The notes: a model not told the origin generated them from the letters alone. A stretch of 34,284 nucleotides of DNA from Bdellovibrionales bacterium (GCA_050246815.1 JBFWVI010000036.1:1-34284), one strand, 5' to 3'; shown: positions 18,639-28,310, numbered from the stretch's first letter. A program made the numbers and translations.

Positions 18639-19250
18639 TCAATGTTCAATGATCTTGATTTCAGGGCCGACACAAGTAGCCCCCCACTTCATCTGCAGGC
18701 AATCGCCCGAGTGCAACGGGCCAACACCTGTCGGTGTGCCGGTGAACAGTAGGTCGCCGGGCAGAATCGGGAAGTACTGGGCGGCCAGGTCCAGGCAACG
18801 CTCGGCCGACCAAAGCATCTGTTGGACTTTGCCGACCTGGCGGCGCTGGCCGTTTACTTCGAGGGAAAACTCGTTTTTCCAATGTTTGTCCCACTCGCCC
18901 CATTTGAACCAGGGGCCAACGATGGCAGAGTCAGTAAAAACCTTGGCAATTTCCCATGGATGGCCGTTTTTCTTTAAGTTCGATTGGAGGTCTCGACGAG
19001 TGAGATCCAGACCCAGCGTGAATTCAGAAAACAGACCTTTGCTACCTTCGGGGTTGGTGTTCAAGCGAAAAACCACTTCCAGCTCGTGGTGGATGTCCCC
19101 TGGGGGTAGGTGAATCGTGATGTTTGCGGAGCTCAATTGGCGCAAGCTACTGGGCGGCTTTAAAAACAACACCGGCTGTTCAGGTTGCTTGTCGCCAAGT
19201 TCTGCCGCATGGGCGGGATAGTTTTTGCCAATGCAGATAATTTTGTCCAT
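18639..19250 (-). CDS. Fumarylacetoacetate hydrolase family protein (YcgM/FAHD1-like)
   Basis: KIICIGKNYPAHAAEL, FLKPPSS, HHELEV, GLDLTRRDLQ, PWEIAK, GDLLFTGTPTGVG. Confidence 0.93.
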   Translation of the reverse strand: MDKIICIGKNYPAHAAELGDKQPEQPVLFLKPPSSLRQLSSANITIHLPPGDIHHELEVVFRLNTNPEGSKGLFSEFTLGLDLTRRDLQSNLKKNGHPWEIAKVFTDSAIVGPWFKWGEWDKHWKNEFSLEVNGQRRQVGKVQQMLWSAERCLDLAAQYFPILPGDLLFTGTPTGVGPLHSGDCLQMKWGATCVGPEIKIIEH

Positions 19251-19283
19251 GAGGCCCCCGAAACTTTAGGTTATCATTTAGCC

Positions 19284-20240
19284 ATGATTCGAAAATATCC
19301 GCAACCAAAGCAAATGGACAATTGGCCGACACTGAAGCCTGGCGATATCATCGATGTGGTCGCACCCGCTTCGGCGTGCAAACGCTCCGAACTAAACGGT
19401 GCAATTCGCTATTTGAAAAAAGCGGGATTTAAACCCCGTGTGCCGAAGAATATTTTTTCGGGCAAAAGCCAGCTGTTCGCGCAAACCGATAAAGAGCGGC
19501 TCAAACAATTGGTGCAGGCGCTCAAGGCCAAAGACTCCAAAGCGGTGTGGTGTGTGCGCGGTGGTTATGGCGCAATTCGTTTGTTGCCAGATCTGGCCAA
19601 AATCAAAATTCCTAAAACCAGCAAAATCTTAGTTGGATACAGCGATGTGACCACGCTTCACAGTTTTTTAAACGCCAATTGGCGCTGGTCCACTTTGCAT
19701 GGTCCACTGCTGGATCGTTTTGGTCGCCATGCCAATCTGCCGCAAGAGACCCGAGAGCTATGGGGGTTGCTCAATGGCACAAGAAAGCAAATGGAGTTTA
19801 CCGGGCTTAAGCCACTGAATTTGGCCGCACGCAAACCGCGTCGTCTAAATGGAGCCGTGATTGGTGGCAACCTGACCGTGCTGCATTCAAGCCTTGGCAC
19901 TCCATGGCAGGTGCATCCACGCGGTCACATGGTTTTTTTTGAAGATCTAGGTGAGCGGCCCCATCGTCTGGATCGCATGCTGACTCAACTGACTCAAGCC
20001 GGTTTTTTTAAGGGCGCCAAAGCGGTTTTATTTGGTGATATTTTGATCAAGAACAGCAAAGATCGTCGTTTGATTTGGCAAGATGTGCTGCCGCGTTTTG
20101 CTGCGTCGTTAAAAGTGCCCGTGCTTGCGGGTTTGCCCTGTGGACACGGTCGTATTCAAAGGCCGTTGCCACTGATGACCAAAGCTGTTCTTCAGACTGG
20201 TGGACGCGGTAAACTGACCGTGGCCGCCGCACGCAAGTAG
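19284..20240 (+). CDS. ldcA: LD-carboxypeptidase, peptidase S66 (LdcA-like)
   Basis: LKPGDIIDVVAPAS, RGGYGA, GYSDVT (Ser), GGNL, FEDLGE (Glu), PCGHG (His). Start moved to ATG 19284 so it does not overlap the divergent FAH gene. Confidence 0.88.
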   Translation: MIRKYPQPKQMDNWPTLKPGDIIDVVAPASACKRSELNGAIRYLKKAGFKPRVPKNIFSGKSQLFAQTDKERLKQLVQALKAKDSKAVWCVRGGYGAIRLLPDLAKIKIPKTSKILVGYSDVTTLHSFLNANWRWSTLHGPLLDRFGRHANLPQETRELWGLLNGTRKQMEFTGLKPLNLAARKPRRLNGAVIGGNLTVLHSSLGTPWQVHPRGHMVFFEDLGERPHRLDRMLTQLTQAGFFKGAKAVLFGDILIKNSKDRRLIWQDVLPRFAASLKVPVLAGLPCGHGRIQRPLPLMTKAVLQTGGRGKLTVAAARK

Positions 20241-20241
20241 G

Positions 20242-21306
20242 TTGGATGTGGGACTGAATCCCGCCGAACGTCAATTTCAGCAACGTTTGAAGGTGGTTGA
20301 AGCGGAGCTTGCCGCTGCAACGCCTGGTTTTGTTTTGCAGGCGTTTAGGCGTGGCCGTTTAAAAATGGACGTGCGATGGGGTCGACATTACCCCTATTAT
20401 GATTTGGCTTCGTTGACTAAAATTATTTTCACCGCCACGGTTTGCGCACGTGCGGTTGAGGCGGGGCAACTGAACCCTCGTGACCTTGTGAGTGAGCATT
20501 GGAGTGAATTTCCATTTCGGCAGATTCGTATGGAACAGCTTTGGACCCACACGGCGGGTCTTCCATGGTGGCGGCCTTTTTATAAAAAATTAAAAGGCTC
20601 GCTCAAGCCTGAATCTCGGTGGCCTCAAATAAGCCGTGAGCTTTTGCGTTTGAAGCGACAAAAAAGCCGTCGTGCGGTTTATTCCGATCCCGATTTATTG
20701 GTGACCAGCCAGGTTTTGCAAAACATCAAACAGCAAAACCTGCTGCAAATATGGCAAGAGCTTGCTTGCCCAGAGTGGACTGGTCGCATGCATTTTAATC
20801 CAGGCAATAAACGTCGTCTGGCAAAAGATCAATACGCGCCGACCGAAAAATGCCCCTGGCGCAAGCGGGTGATGCATGGTCAGGTTCACGATGAAAATTC
20901 ATTTTCTTTGGGCGGAGTGGCGCCCCACGCGGGATTATTTGGACGAGTCGAGGACGTGGCCCAGTGGGGCTTGGTGTGGCGTAAGTCCTGGCAAAATGGT
21001 GCCCGTGGCTTTTTGTCGGCCAGCACGGCGCGGCAGTTTACCCGTCGTCACACGGCTGCCACGGTCGGTGATTGGGGCTGGCTCTTTATGAAGCCGACCG
21101 CAGGGCACGCCAGTTGCGGTCGCTACTTTTCAAGTGGCTCTTTTGGTCATACGGGTTTTACCGGCACGTCTTTTTGGTTTGATCCCAGACATGATATGAT
21201 GGTGGTGTTGCTTAGCAATCGGGTGCATCCCACTCGCAAAAACGCCGCCTTCTTAAAGTGGCGTCCATGGTTGCATGACACGGCTTGTGAGCTTTTAAAA
21301 CGCTAA
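20242..21306 (+). CDS. Serine hydrolase, beta-lactamase class C/AmiE-like family
   Basis: YDLASLTK (SxxK), THTAGL, YSD, GQVHDEN, HAGLFG, FGHTGFTGTS, LSNRVHP; no signal peptide. Confidence 0.88.
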   Translation: MDVGLNPAERQFQQRLKVVEAELAAATPGFVLQAFRRGRLKMDVRWGRHYPYYDLASLTKIIFTATVCARAVEAGQLNPRDLVSEHWSEFPFRQIRMEQLWTHTAGLPWWRPFYKKLKGSLKPESRWPQISRELLRLKRQKSRRAVYSDPDLLVTSQVLQNIKQQNLLQIWQELACPEWTGRMHFNPGNKRRLAKDQYAPTEKCPWRKRVMHGQVHDENSFSLGGVAPHAGLFGRVEDVAQWGLVWRKSWQNGARGFLSASTARQFTRRHTAATVGDWGWLFMKPTAGHASCGRYFSSGSFGHTGFTGTSFWFDPRHDMMVVLLSNRVHPTRKNAAFLKWRPWLHDTACELLKR

Positions 21307-21308
21307 GG

Positions 21309-21337
21309 TTGCCTAAACCCTAAGCCCACCCTAGGAT
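21309..21337 (+). promoter_or_regulatory. Candidate sigma70 promoter giving a leaderless mpl transcript
   Basis: TTGCCT-N17-TAGGAT-N6-ATG(21344). Confidence 0.45.
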
Positions 21338-21343
21338 AATTTT

Positions 21344-22762
21344 ATGCATGCAAGTTTAAATAAATTAAAGCCGGGTGCCCATATCCACATGATGGGTATT
21401 TGTGGCACGGCGATGGGTTCTTTGGCGGGTATTCTAAAGAGTATGGGCTACAAGGTTTCGGGTAGTGATCAAAATGTTTACCCGCCAATGTCGACTCAAT
21501 TGACTGGTCTGGGCATTCATTTGCAAGAGGGCTATCGACCTGAAAACCTTCAGCCTCGTCCGGACTTGGTGATCGTGGGGAATGTGATTTCAAAAACCAA
21601 TCCTGAGGCCGCGGCACTCTTGCAAAGCGATATACCCTACACCTCGCTGCCCAAAGCCATGGGTGAGTTTGTGATTGGCGAGCGGCAGTCTATGGTGATC
21701 GCGGGAACGCATGGTAAAACCACCACGACTTCGATGATGGCTTGGGTCGCGGAGACTTGCGAGATGAGCCCCGGCTTTTTGATCGGCGGCATTCCTGAAA
21801 ACTTCTCGCACAGCTTTCGCGCGCCTGCGGCTAATTGGTTTGTGATCGAAGGGGACGAATACGACACCGCGTTTTTTGACAAGGTTCCTAAGTTCGTGCA
21901 CTACCGTCCTCGCCATGTGATTTTGACCAGCATCGAATTTGACCACGCCGATATTTACGCGGATTTGCAGGCCGTCAAGGACGCCTTTCAGGCCCTGGTT
22001 GAGCTTATCCCTGCGGATGGCACGCTTGTGGCCTGCCATGACGATGACAATGTGCTGGATGTGATCACGCATGCCAAGTGCCGCGTGGTAACCTATGGTT
22101 TGAAGGGCGGTGACTATCGGGCCGTCGAACGTGCCATGTTGATGAATCGCAGTCATTTTGCCGTACAAAAAGATGGCGAAAAAATAGCCGATGTGGCGTT
22201 GAAGGTTTTTGGCGAGCACAACACTTTAAATGCGTTGGCGGTGTACGCGCTGGTCAAAACTCTGGGCTGGCCTGAGTCCAAGGTGCTACAGGGATTGGCA
22301 TCCTTTTCCGGGGTGAAGCGACGTCAGCAATTTTTGGGTGAGCCCGGTGGAGTGGCGGTGATCGAAGATTTTGCTCACCACCCAACGGCTGTGCGTATGA
22401 CGATTGAGTCCATTCGCGAGCGTTACCCTTCGCGCAGGGTGCTGGCCGTATTTGAGCCTCGTTCGGCGACCTCGCGCCGTAAGGTGTTTCAGCGCGACTA
22501 TGTCGAGGCCTTTTCACGTGCCGATGCTTCTTTTATTGCCGAGGCCTTTGATCAGTCCAAAATTCAAGAAGACGAGAGATTTTCGTCGGATCAATTGGTG
22601 CAGGATTTAAAGAAAAAGGGCGTCAACGCTCATTTGGGCGCCAATGTCGACCAGCTTGTTCAACAGATCCGCCAGACTGCCCGAAAAGGCGATGTGCTTT
22701 TGATTATGAGTAATGGGGGCTTTGGCGGCATTTACCAGAAATTGTTAGCTGCACTAGCTTAA
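21344..22762 (+). CDS. mpl: Murein peptide ligase (UDP-MurNAc:L-Ala-gamma-D-Glu-meso-DAP ligase)
   Basis: HIHMMGICGTAMG, GSDQNVYPPMSTQL, GTHGKTTT, EGDEYDTAFFDK.PKFVHYRP, DFAHHPTA, FEPRS, MSNGGFGGI. These motifs are Mpl-type rather than MurC-type. Confidence 0.93.
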   Translation: MHASLNKLKPGAHIHMMGICGTAMGSLAGILKSMGYKVSGSDQNVYPPMSTQLTGLGIHLQEGYRPENLQPRPDLVIVGNVISKTNPEAAALLQSDIPYTSLPKAMGEFVIGERQSMVIAGTHGKTTTTSMMAWVAETCEMSPGFLIGGIPENFSHSFRAPAANWFVIEGDEYDTAFFDKVPKFVHYRPRHVILTSIEFDHADIYADLQAVKDAFQALVELIPADGTLVACHDDDNVLDVITHAKCRVVTYGLKGGDYRAVERAMLMNRSHFAVQKDGEKIADVALKVFGEHNTLNALAVYALVKTLGWPESKVLQGLASFSGVKRRQQFLGEPGGVAVIEDFAHHPTAVRMTIESIRERYPSRRVLAVFEPRSATSRRKVFQRDYVEAFSRADASFIAEAFDQSKIQEDERFSSDQLVQDLKKKGVNAHLGANVDQLVQQIRQTARKGDVLLIMSNGGFGGIYQKLLAALA

Positions 22763-22774
22763 GAGGGATTGGAC

Positions 22775-23983
22775 ATGTCTTTTATTCGAACTTCGGTCGT
22801 ATTGGTCGCACTGATGTCGCTACGAGCTGTTTTGGCAGAAGAAAAAGTGAGTGAGGCCCTTGTGCCTTGCACTTGGGAGGGCATCCAAGAACTTTGTGAA
22901 GACATCGATCAGGCCGATAAAAACGGCAAACCTTTAAGCTTTGGTGATGGCGGTGAGTTGGCTTCACGCGAGATACTTGAAAAGCAAAGTGAAACCTTTG
23001 CCGCCGATCGTGCGGCCTTAACCGCCAAGCAAAAGAAAAGACTCAAAGAAATCTTTGAAAAAACCATCAATCATGCCATGGCTTCTGTGCGCAATGGAAA
23101 AACGGATGAGCAACTAAGTCCGCAAGAAAAAAATATAATTGAACGTCTGCAGACCTTGACTCTTTCTGACCTGAAGTCTGTCGCATCCGAAACCGCTTGC
23201 AAAGATAAGACCTATGTCGGAGTCAATCCTGCGCAAAAAGAACTTTATGTTTGCCCGGCCCTTGCGAATTATCCGGAAACGGCGTTGGTGCAGGCCATGG
23301 CCACTTATGTAGGCCACTATATTAGTCCTTGTGTGGCGTCTTTTCCGATCGCCAAAAGCGCATTCAGAACCATTCCGCCCATCGGTCCGGGACACCCCTT
23401 TGAGGCGGTGCAAACTTGTCTGGCAACAGGCGAAATTGTGCCCAATCCTAAAAATTTAGAATTCAATGCCCAAGCCAAGGATGAAAAAAACAAGGCCATG
23501 AAGATGCGTATCGAACAGCAAATCGAGCGCGTGGCCCGCATTGCACCGCAGATTAAATCCTACACGCCGCAAAGATTTTTTGATGAAGTGGTGAAGCCCT
23601 TTCCTGAATGCGCGGGCAATATGACCGGTGGGCAGATGACCTCGGCCACCAATGAGTGGTTCAGTGCGGATGTGACGGGGCGATATATGAAAGCAGAAAA
23701 TAAGTCGCACCCCAAAAATCGGCAAGAGCAATTGGCCAATTTGGCCTACATCATCGATGATGCCTGTCGTTTCACGAAGATTAAAAACATCGCGGCTGAA
23801 AACGGACACCCGCCGCACCAAGTGCGCTTTCGCGATGCGCTCTTTCGCAGTCACCGTTTGCGCGAAGCAATGGGATGTCGTGCCAGTGATTTCAAGATTC
23901 CGGCCTGTGCTTTGAGTTCGAATGTGAAGGGTTCATCCGCAGACCAGCGGCCGGCAAAAGGTGATGCAGCGCCGGCTCAGTAG
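22775..23983 (+). CDS. Secreted Cys-rich hypothetical protein, degenerate zinc-peptidase-like
   Basis: Signal peptide ending VLA, many Cys residues, segments LYVCP...ALVQAMATYVGHYISPC, NEWFSAD and GHPPHQVR. ATG 22775 follows AGAGGGA. Confidence 0.7.
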   Translation: MSFIRTSVVLVALMSLRAVLAEEKVSEALVPCTWEGIQELCEDIDQADKNGKPLSFGDGGELASREILEKQSETFAADRAALTAKQKKRLKEIFEKTINHAMASVRNGKTDEQLSPQEKNIIERLQTLTLSDLKSVASETACKDKTYVGVNPAQKELYVCPALANYPETALVQAMATYVGHYISPCVASFPIAKSAFRTIPPIGPGHPFEAVQTCLATGEIVPNPKNLEFNAQAKDEKNKAMKMRIEQQIERVARIAPQIKSYTPQRFFDEVVKPFPECAGNMTGGQMTSATNEWFSADVTGRYMKAENKSHPKNRQEQLANLAYIIDDACRFTKIKNIAAENGHPPHQVRFRDALFRSHRLREAMGCRASDFKIPACALSSNVKGSSADQRPAKGDAAPAQ

Positions 23984-26238
23984 CGCTCTGGGTTCCAGAA
24001 ATCCTGGCGTGGTTTGCGCACTTCAAGAATGATGAACGCCATCAGTAGCAAGGCGCCAAATCCGATTCTCCAAATCGCAGCAGAAAAAGCTTCAGATTCA
24101 AAACGAAATTCGATTAGCTGTTTACCGGCCTTGATGAAATGTCCACGATTTAAAAAGTCAGCGCGGAACGTGGGCGTTTCTTTGCCGTCCATATAAAGCC
24201 GCCAGCCCGGATGAAAGCCTTCTCGCCAAACCATCACAGCAGGCGAAACTGCGATCAGCTCGATTTTGCGTGAATTGAGTGCACGGGTTTCATTTAAAAT
24301 GGTCAGGGGAGTTTGTGCCGCCAAGGAAGACTGGCTGGTGAAGCGCGGCAGCCAATCACCCCAAAAGGGAAAGCTTGGGGGAATCGGCCGATGATTAAAG
24401 AAGGCCTCTTTGCGTTCCACTACTGCTGAGGTCATATTTTCGCCTCGTTGGGCGACCAAGATCATGGCTTCAGCTTCGGTGGCCGGAGTCACAATCATGC
24501 GGGCTGAGCCATAGGATTTACTACTGATGTCGAGGCGATATAGTTCCGCACCTAGGTTTTCTGGCAGATTTTGTTTTTCAATACGGCCCTGAAGCATGAG
24601 ATCCTCAATGGTTGGGATATGAAGGCGTGTTGGCGTCAGGATGTATTTGATCTGCGCTGTTGTTGCCCAAGCGGCGAGGTTATTGAAAATTTCTTGTGTT
24701 GATAAAGCCGCGATCCGCACATTTTCAAAAGGTGTGGGGGAATTGAAGGTCGACCAGCCCAGATTATGCAAGGTTGCGGCCGAAAATTCACTGGGCAGTG
24801 GATGCTTTTCATCGAACCCCAAATAAAGCACCCGCCCGGGGTCAGGCAGTTCTGCTATGGGTGAGGGTGCCATTACTTGGTCCAAAGTCAGGGCCCAAAC
24901 CTTAGGTTTTAAAGCCATGCCTTCGCTTAAAGTCAGCGTCAGTAGCAAAGCCCATGCGCCTTGACGAAAGAGACGTCTTTCTGGCGCCGCCAACAGCAGC
25001 ACGGCCACGGTGCCAAAACCGAAGGCAATCCACATATGTATCGCAGAACGAGCCGTGAACTCATTGGCACTTAAGCCTTGAAGCCAGGTGAATTGCTTTT
25101 TGCCCGCATACCAGCTCAAAAGACTGAGCAGTAAGTGGGCAAAAGCGGCCAACCCCGCCACTGCACAAAGGCCCTGATTGCCACGCATCCAGGCCAACAA
25201 TCGGCGCAGCGATAAAAGGCTTAAGAGCATCGCAAATAAAAAAAGCAGGCCATAAAGCCCCCAAGCGTCTTGCGCGTTGACCAGGCCATAAGTTTTTTGC
25301 CAAATTTGTTCAATGTTGAGGCGCGAAAAACTTGAGGTTGCAAATAACAATGCAGCTAGGCCGACAATCAAAAATTGATGGCGCATTTTTTTCAGTTTGA
25401 AAAACAAGGCACCAAGTGCGGGCAAACACATCATAGCCATGGGGTAAAGACCGTTCCAGGCGGGACTGGGCGTGGCTGGAAGCTGCATGGAGGCCCAAGA
25501 GTTGAGAGTTGAGTTCATCGCTTCCATTTTTGCCGGCAACCAATAAAGAGCACTCAGCAAATAGGTGGTCACCAGCGCCCCAGTCGTACCTACTAAGAAG
25601 CCCAAATTGCGAGCTTGCGGCGACAAGTGAAAAAGTGCAAAGAGCGTCAGTACAAAGGTAAGTGCAAATACAAGCACCACTTGCCCTTGATAGATCATCA
25701 GGACCATGCTGAGCGCCAGCCATGCAAAATCCACTGGTCTGCGATGTGCGCTGGCTTTGAACATGAACCATAAAGACCAAGGCAAAAGACTTAAGCCGAT
25801 CAAAATCGCAATGGCTTCAAATGCACGCCAATAAAGGCCTCCGGCCACATATGAAAAGGCGGCCAGCAAGCTGAGCGCCACATGATGGCTGAAATGAAAG
25901 GCCAGGCGGTAAGTTCCCATCGCTGCCAAGCCAAGACAAAAAAGCAAAAGGAACGGCAAGGCTTGTTCGGGCGACAACTGCACGAACCACGGCAGGCTGA
26001 TCGGGGCAAAGGGGGTGGTGTTTGGGTCGCTCAGTTGCGGCACGCCCAAAAGAGTTTGCTCATTCCAAAGTGGCAATTCGCCGCTTTTCCACTTTTTTGC
26101 CAGCCACAATTGGCGCTGCACGAAATCTTGGTTGGCGGAACTCCACGGCAGTAATTTTTGTTTGTATCCAACTGCAACCGCCAAAATCAGGGGCACGATC
26201 AGTGCGAGCAGCGGGGCCACCTTTTTAATCACGATCAC
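23977..26238 (-). CDS. YfhO-like polytopic membrane protein (putative GT-C glycosyltransferase)
   Basis: GELPLWNEQTLLGVPQLSDP N-terminal motif, many TM helices, C-terminal EGFHPGWRLYMDG...RADFLNRG...AGKQLIEFRF followed by a TM helix. Confidence 0.75.
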   Translation of the reverse strand: MIVIKKVAPLLALIVPLILAVAVGYKQKLLPWSSANQDFVQRQLWLAKKWKSGELPLWNEQTLLGVPQLSDPNTTPFAPISLPWFVQLSPEQALPFLLLFCLGLAAMGTYRLAFHFSHHVALSLLAAFSYVAGGLYWRAFEAIAILIGLSLLPWSLWFMFKASAHRRPVDFAWLALSMVLMIYQGQVVLVFALTFVLTLFALFHLSPQARNLGFLVGTTGALVTTYLLSALYWLPAKMEAMNSTLNSWASMQLPATPSPAWNGLYPMAMMCLPALGALFFKLKKMRHQFLIVGLAALLFATSSFSRLNIEQIWQKTYGLVNAQDAWGLYGLLFLFAMLLSLLSLRRLLAWMRGNQGLCAVAGLAAFAHLLLSLLSWYAGKKQFTWLQGLSANEFTARSAIHMWIAFGFGTVAVLLLAAPERRLFRQGAWALLLTLTLSEGMALKPKVWALTLDQVMAPSPIAELPDPGRVLYLGFDEKHPLPSEFSAATLHNLGWSTFNSPTPFENVRIAALSTQEIFNNLAAWATTAQIKYILTPTRLHIPTIEDLMLQGRIEKQNLPENLGAELYRLDISSKSYGSARMIVTPATEAEAMILVAQRGENMTSAVVERKEAFFNHRPIPPSFPFWGDWLPRFTSQSSLAAQTPLTILNETRALNSRKIELIAVSPAVMVWREGFHPGWRLYMDGKETPTFRADFLNRGHFIKAGKQLIEFRFESEAFSAAIWRIGFGALLLMAFIILEVRKPRQDFWNPERY

Positions 26239-28310
26239 CTTCCATAGGCTTTGAGCACGCTGCGGATATCGTTATATGTTTTGTCGCGACGATCCGTCTT
26301 TTGCACAAAGACTTCCCAAACTTCAAGCATACGAGTTTCATGGCGGCGCTTTTCGTCACCTTCACTTAGTCGCCCTAAATGTTGGTGTGCAATGCCTAAG
26401 TTTTTGAAGTAATCGGCTGGGGGGGTGGCATTGCGTTCAACTAACTTTTCCAGCAGTTGCTCGGCAATCAGAAAATATTTTTTATCCTGGGTTTTAAGTG
26501 CGTAGCGCAAGATTTCCGCCGCGCGGGTGTGATGGGCCAACCAATAATTGGCTTGAATCACCGCATCCCACGAGTCCGGTAGAGGCTTGCGTGGAAAGGC
26601 GGCGATGGGGTCGATCAAGTATGTTTCGGATTCACGAATATAGTCGTCTATCGCAAGCACTTGGTCTTTGCTTAACACCTTAAAAACCAAGCCGTATGGG
26701 AGCAGTTGATACTGGGACTCCCATGCTTTGTCTAGGGCTTCGTTGGAGTCTTTGGTTTTGATCGCGGTCATGTAGATTTGATGTTGCTTGAAATTTGCAT
26801 CAAACAATCGCTTAAAGTCAAAGCCGCCGCGCTGGGTGGGGTGGTAGGCAGCACCAGGCAAAACAACATCAGGATAATGTTTGGCGGCGATGCGGCGAAA
26901 CCAGTGATAAGACATCAAAGAACGATCCAGAATTTTGAGGTCCGGCCTATGGCCTTCGCAGTTTTGCAGGTAACGGATGGTGTTGGTGTTGATGTCGCCC
27001 AGACTTAAAAAAAGCGCGTTTTGCGGCAGCTTGTCCATCAGATAGCGGCCGAAATCGGCGAAAGTGGTGTTGTTGCGATGATTCTCATGGCGGTAGTGAA
27101 CGGCGATGCTGATCAGGGGCGCAAGGATCAGCAAAATTCGAATGGCTTTTTGTTGAGGCTCAGATAAAAAACGCTGCAATTGAAGCACGCCCGAAGCACC
27201 CAAAATAGCAAGGCTAAAGCCAGGCATCAGCCAAAAACGACTCACAATATCGCGGTAAAGAGCGGCACCCTCAACAAAAGGTAGGTTGGCTAACCAATGA
27301 AAGACCAGCAAATACAAACAGGGTAAAACCAGCCAAAGCCGTCCGGCGGGCAAAGTGGGTTGCACAGTCCGCCGCCACACCATCCAGGCGCCGTAACCGA
27401 CCGGGATCCAGCCCAAGTAGCCAAAGGTTTGCCCCAAGTTGATCAAGTAATAAAAAAGTCCCCACAGCAACTGAAATTTGCTTGAGCCTTCGGTGGCCAA
27501 CTGAAAAGTGCCATATTCTTTACGGAAAAAGTGAGTGGTGAAGCCTTGCCAAGTGGTGATATCGCCCCAGGCGATCGGCGGAATGCGCGCTGAGGACCAA
27601 AATAAATAGGCATAAGGCAGCAGCGCAACAATGGACAGTGCGAATAAGGCAAGAACTTGTGTGAACTTCAATCGGGCACGAAAGTGCCACAATAAATAAA
27701 TGCCTATGGGCACACCGGTGAAGATTAAAGTGTGATGATTAGTCAGGCCCAAGCCAAAAACAAACGCCATCCAGAAAAGATGTTTGGTATTTTGACTCTG
27801 CAGGGCTTTGATCAAACCGAAAAGCAGGGCGCAGGTAAAAAGATTGTTGAGAGCAAAAACTTCGGCGGCGATGGAGTAGCGCCACATCAAAGGAGAAAAA
27901 GCCATAAGGCCGCAAATTGAAAACGCCAGCCATGCCAAACGCGTGACACGGCGAAGGCTTAAAAATAAAAACGTCAGCGCGCCAAGGCTGCAGACGCACG
28001 AAAACAGATTTAGTCGCCATCCTACGCTGCCCACGGGCAGCAAACTGAACAAATAACCGAGCATCGTGTAAAGCGGATAGCCCGGAGGATGAACCACCCC
28101 CAAGGTGCAGGCCGCTGCCGTTAGTTCGCCGCTGTCGCCGCCGGCAATCGTTGGCCACATGGTCCACAGATAAACAATCGCGCTGAGTAACAAGGTCAGA
28201 CCAAACCAAAGTCGGTCAGTTCGGCTCCACAAAAGTGGCTCGGACGCAATTATGGGCTTGATGCTGGCCGTAGGTCGAGATGGCGGAGTGCGACGTTGTT
28301 TGCGGCTCAT
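26235..28310 (-). CDS. DUF2723 (TMEM260-like) membrane protein, putative GT-C glycosyltransferase
   Basis: PTIAGGDSGEL...LGVVHPPGYPLY, AEVFALNN, GLGLTNHHT, EYGTFQL, GD..TN.IRYLQ.CEG.RPD, helical C-terminus. Start placed at ATG 28310. Confidence 0.85.
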   Translation of the reverse strand: MSRKQRRTPPSRPTASIKPIIASEPLLWSRTDRLWFGLTLLLSAIVYLWTMWPTIAGGDSGELTAAACTLGVVHPPGYPLYTMLGYLFSLLPVGSVGWRLNLFSCVCSLGALTFLFLSLRRVTRLAWLAFSICGLMAFSPLMWRYSIAAEVFALNNLFTCALLFGLIKALQSQNTKHLFWMAFVFGLGLTNHHTLIFTGVPIGIYLLWHFRARLKFTQVLALFALSIVALLPYAYLFWSSARIPPIAWGDITTWQGFTTHFFRKEYGTFQLATEGSSKFQLLWGLFYYLINLGQTFGYLGWIPVGYGAWMVWRRTVQPTLPAGRLWLVLPCLYLLVFHWLANLPFVEGAALYRDIVSRFWLMPGFSLAILGASGVLQLQRFLSEPQQKAIRILLILAPLISIAVHYRHENHRNNTTFADFGRYLMDKLPQNALFLSLGDINTNTIRYLQNCEGHRPDLKILDRSLMSYHWFRRIAAKHYPDVVLPGAAYHPTQRGGFDFKRLFDANFKQHQIYMTAIKTKDSNEALDKAWESQYQLLPYGLVFKVLSKDQVLAIDDYIRESETYLIDPIAAFPRKPLPDSWDAVIQANYWLAHHTRAAEILRYALKTQDKKYFLIAEQLLEKLVERNATPPADYFKNLGIAHQHLGRLSEGDEKRRHETRMLEVWEVFVQKTDRRDKTYNDIRSVLKAYGR

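Noticed and set aside
17857..18640. Complete IS605/IS200 element with TnpB or omegaRNA
   Set aside because: No tnpB/iscB ORF follows, and element ends and target site cannot be defined from the sequence.
19185..19283. ORF-track start of the LD-carboxypeptidase at 19185
   Set aside because: It would overlap the divergent FAH gene head-to-head; ATG 19284 is more plausible.
20242..21306. True beta-lactamase resistance gene
   Set aside because: It has no signal peptide, and its motifs and context fit a cytoplasmic amidase/esterase of the same fold.
21344..22762. Annotation as murC
   Set aside because: GICGTAMG, YPPMSTQL and DEYDTAFFDK are Mpl-type motifs, and the context is recycling rather than the dcw cluster.
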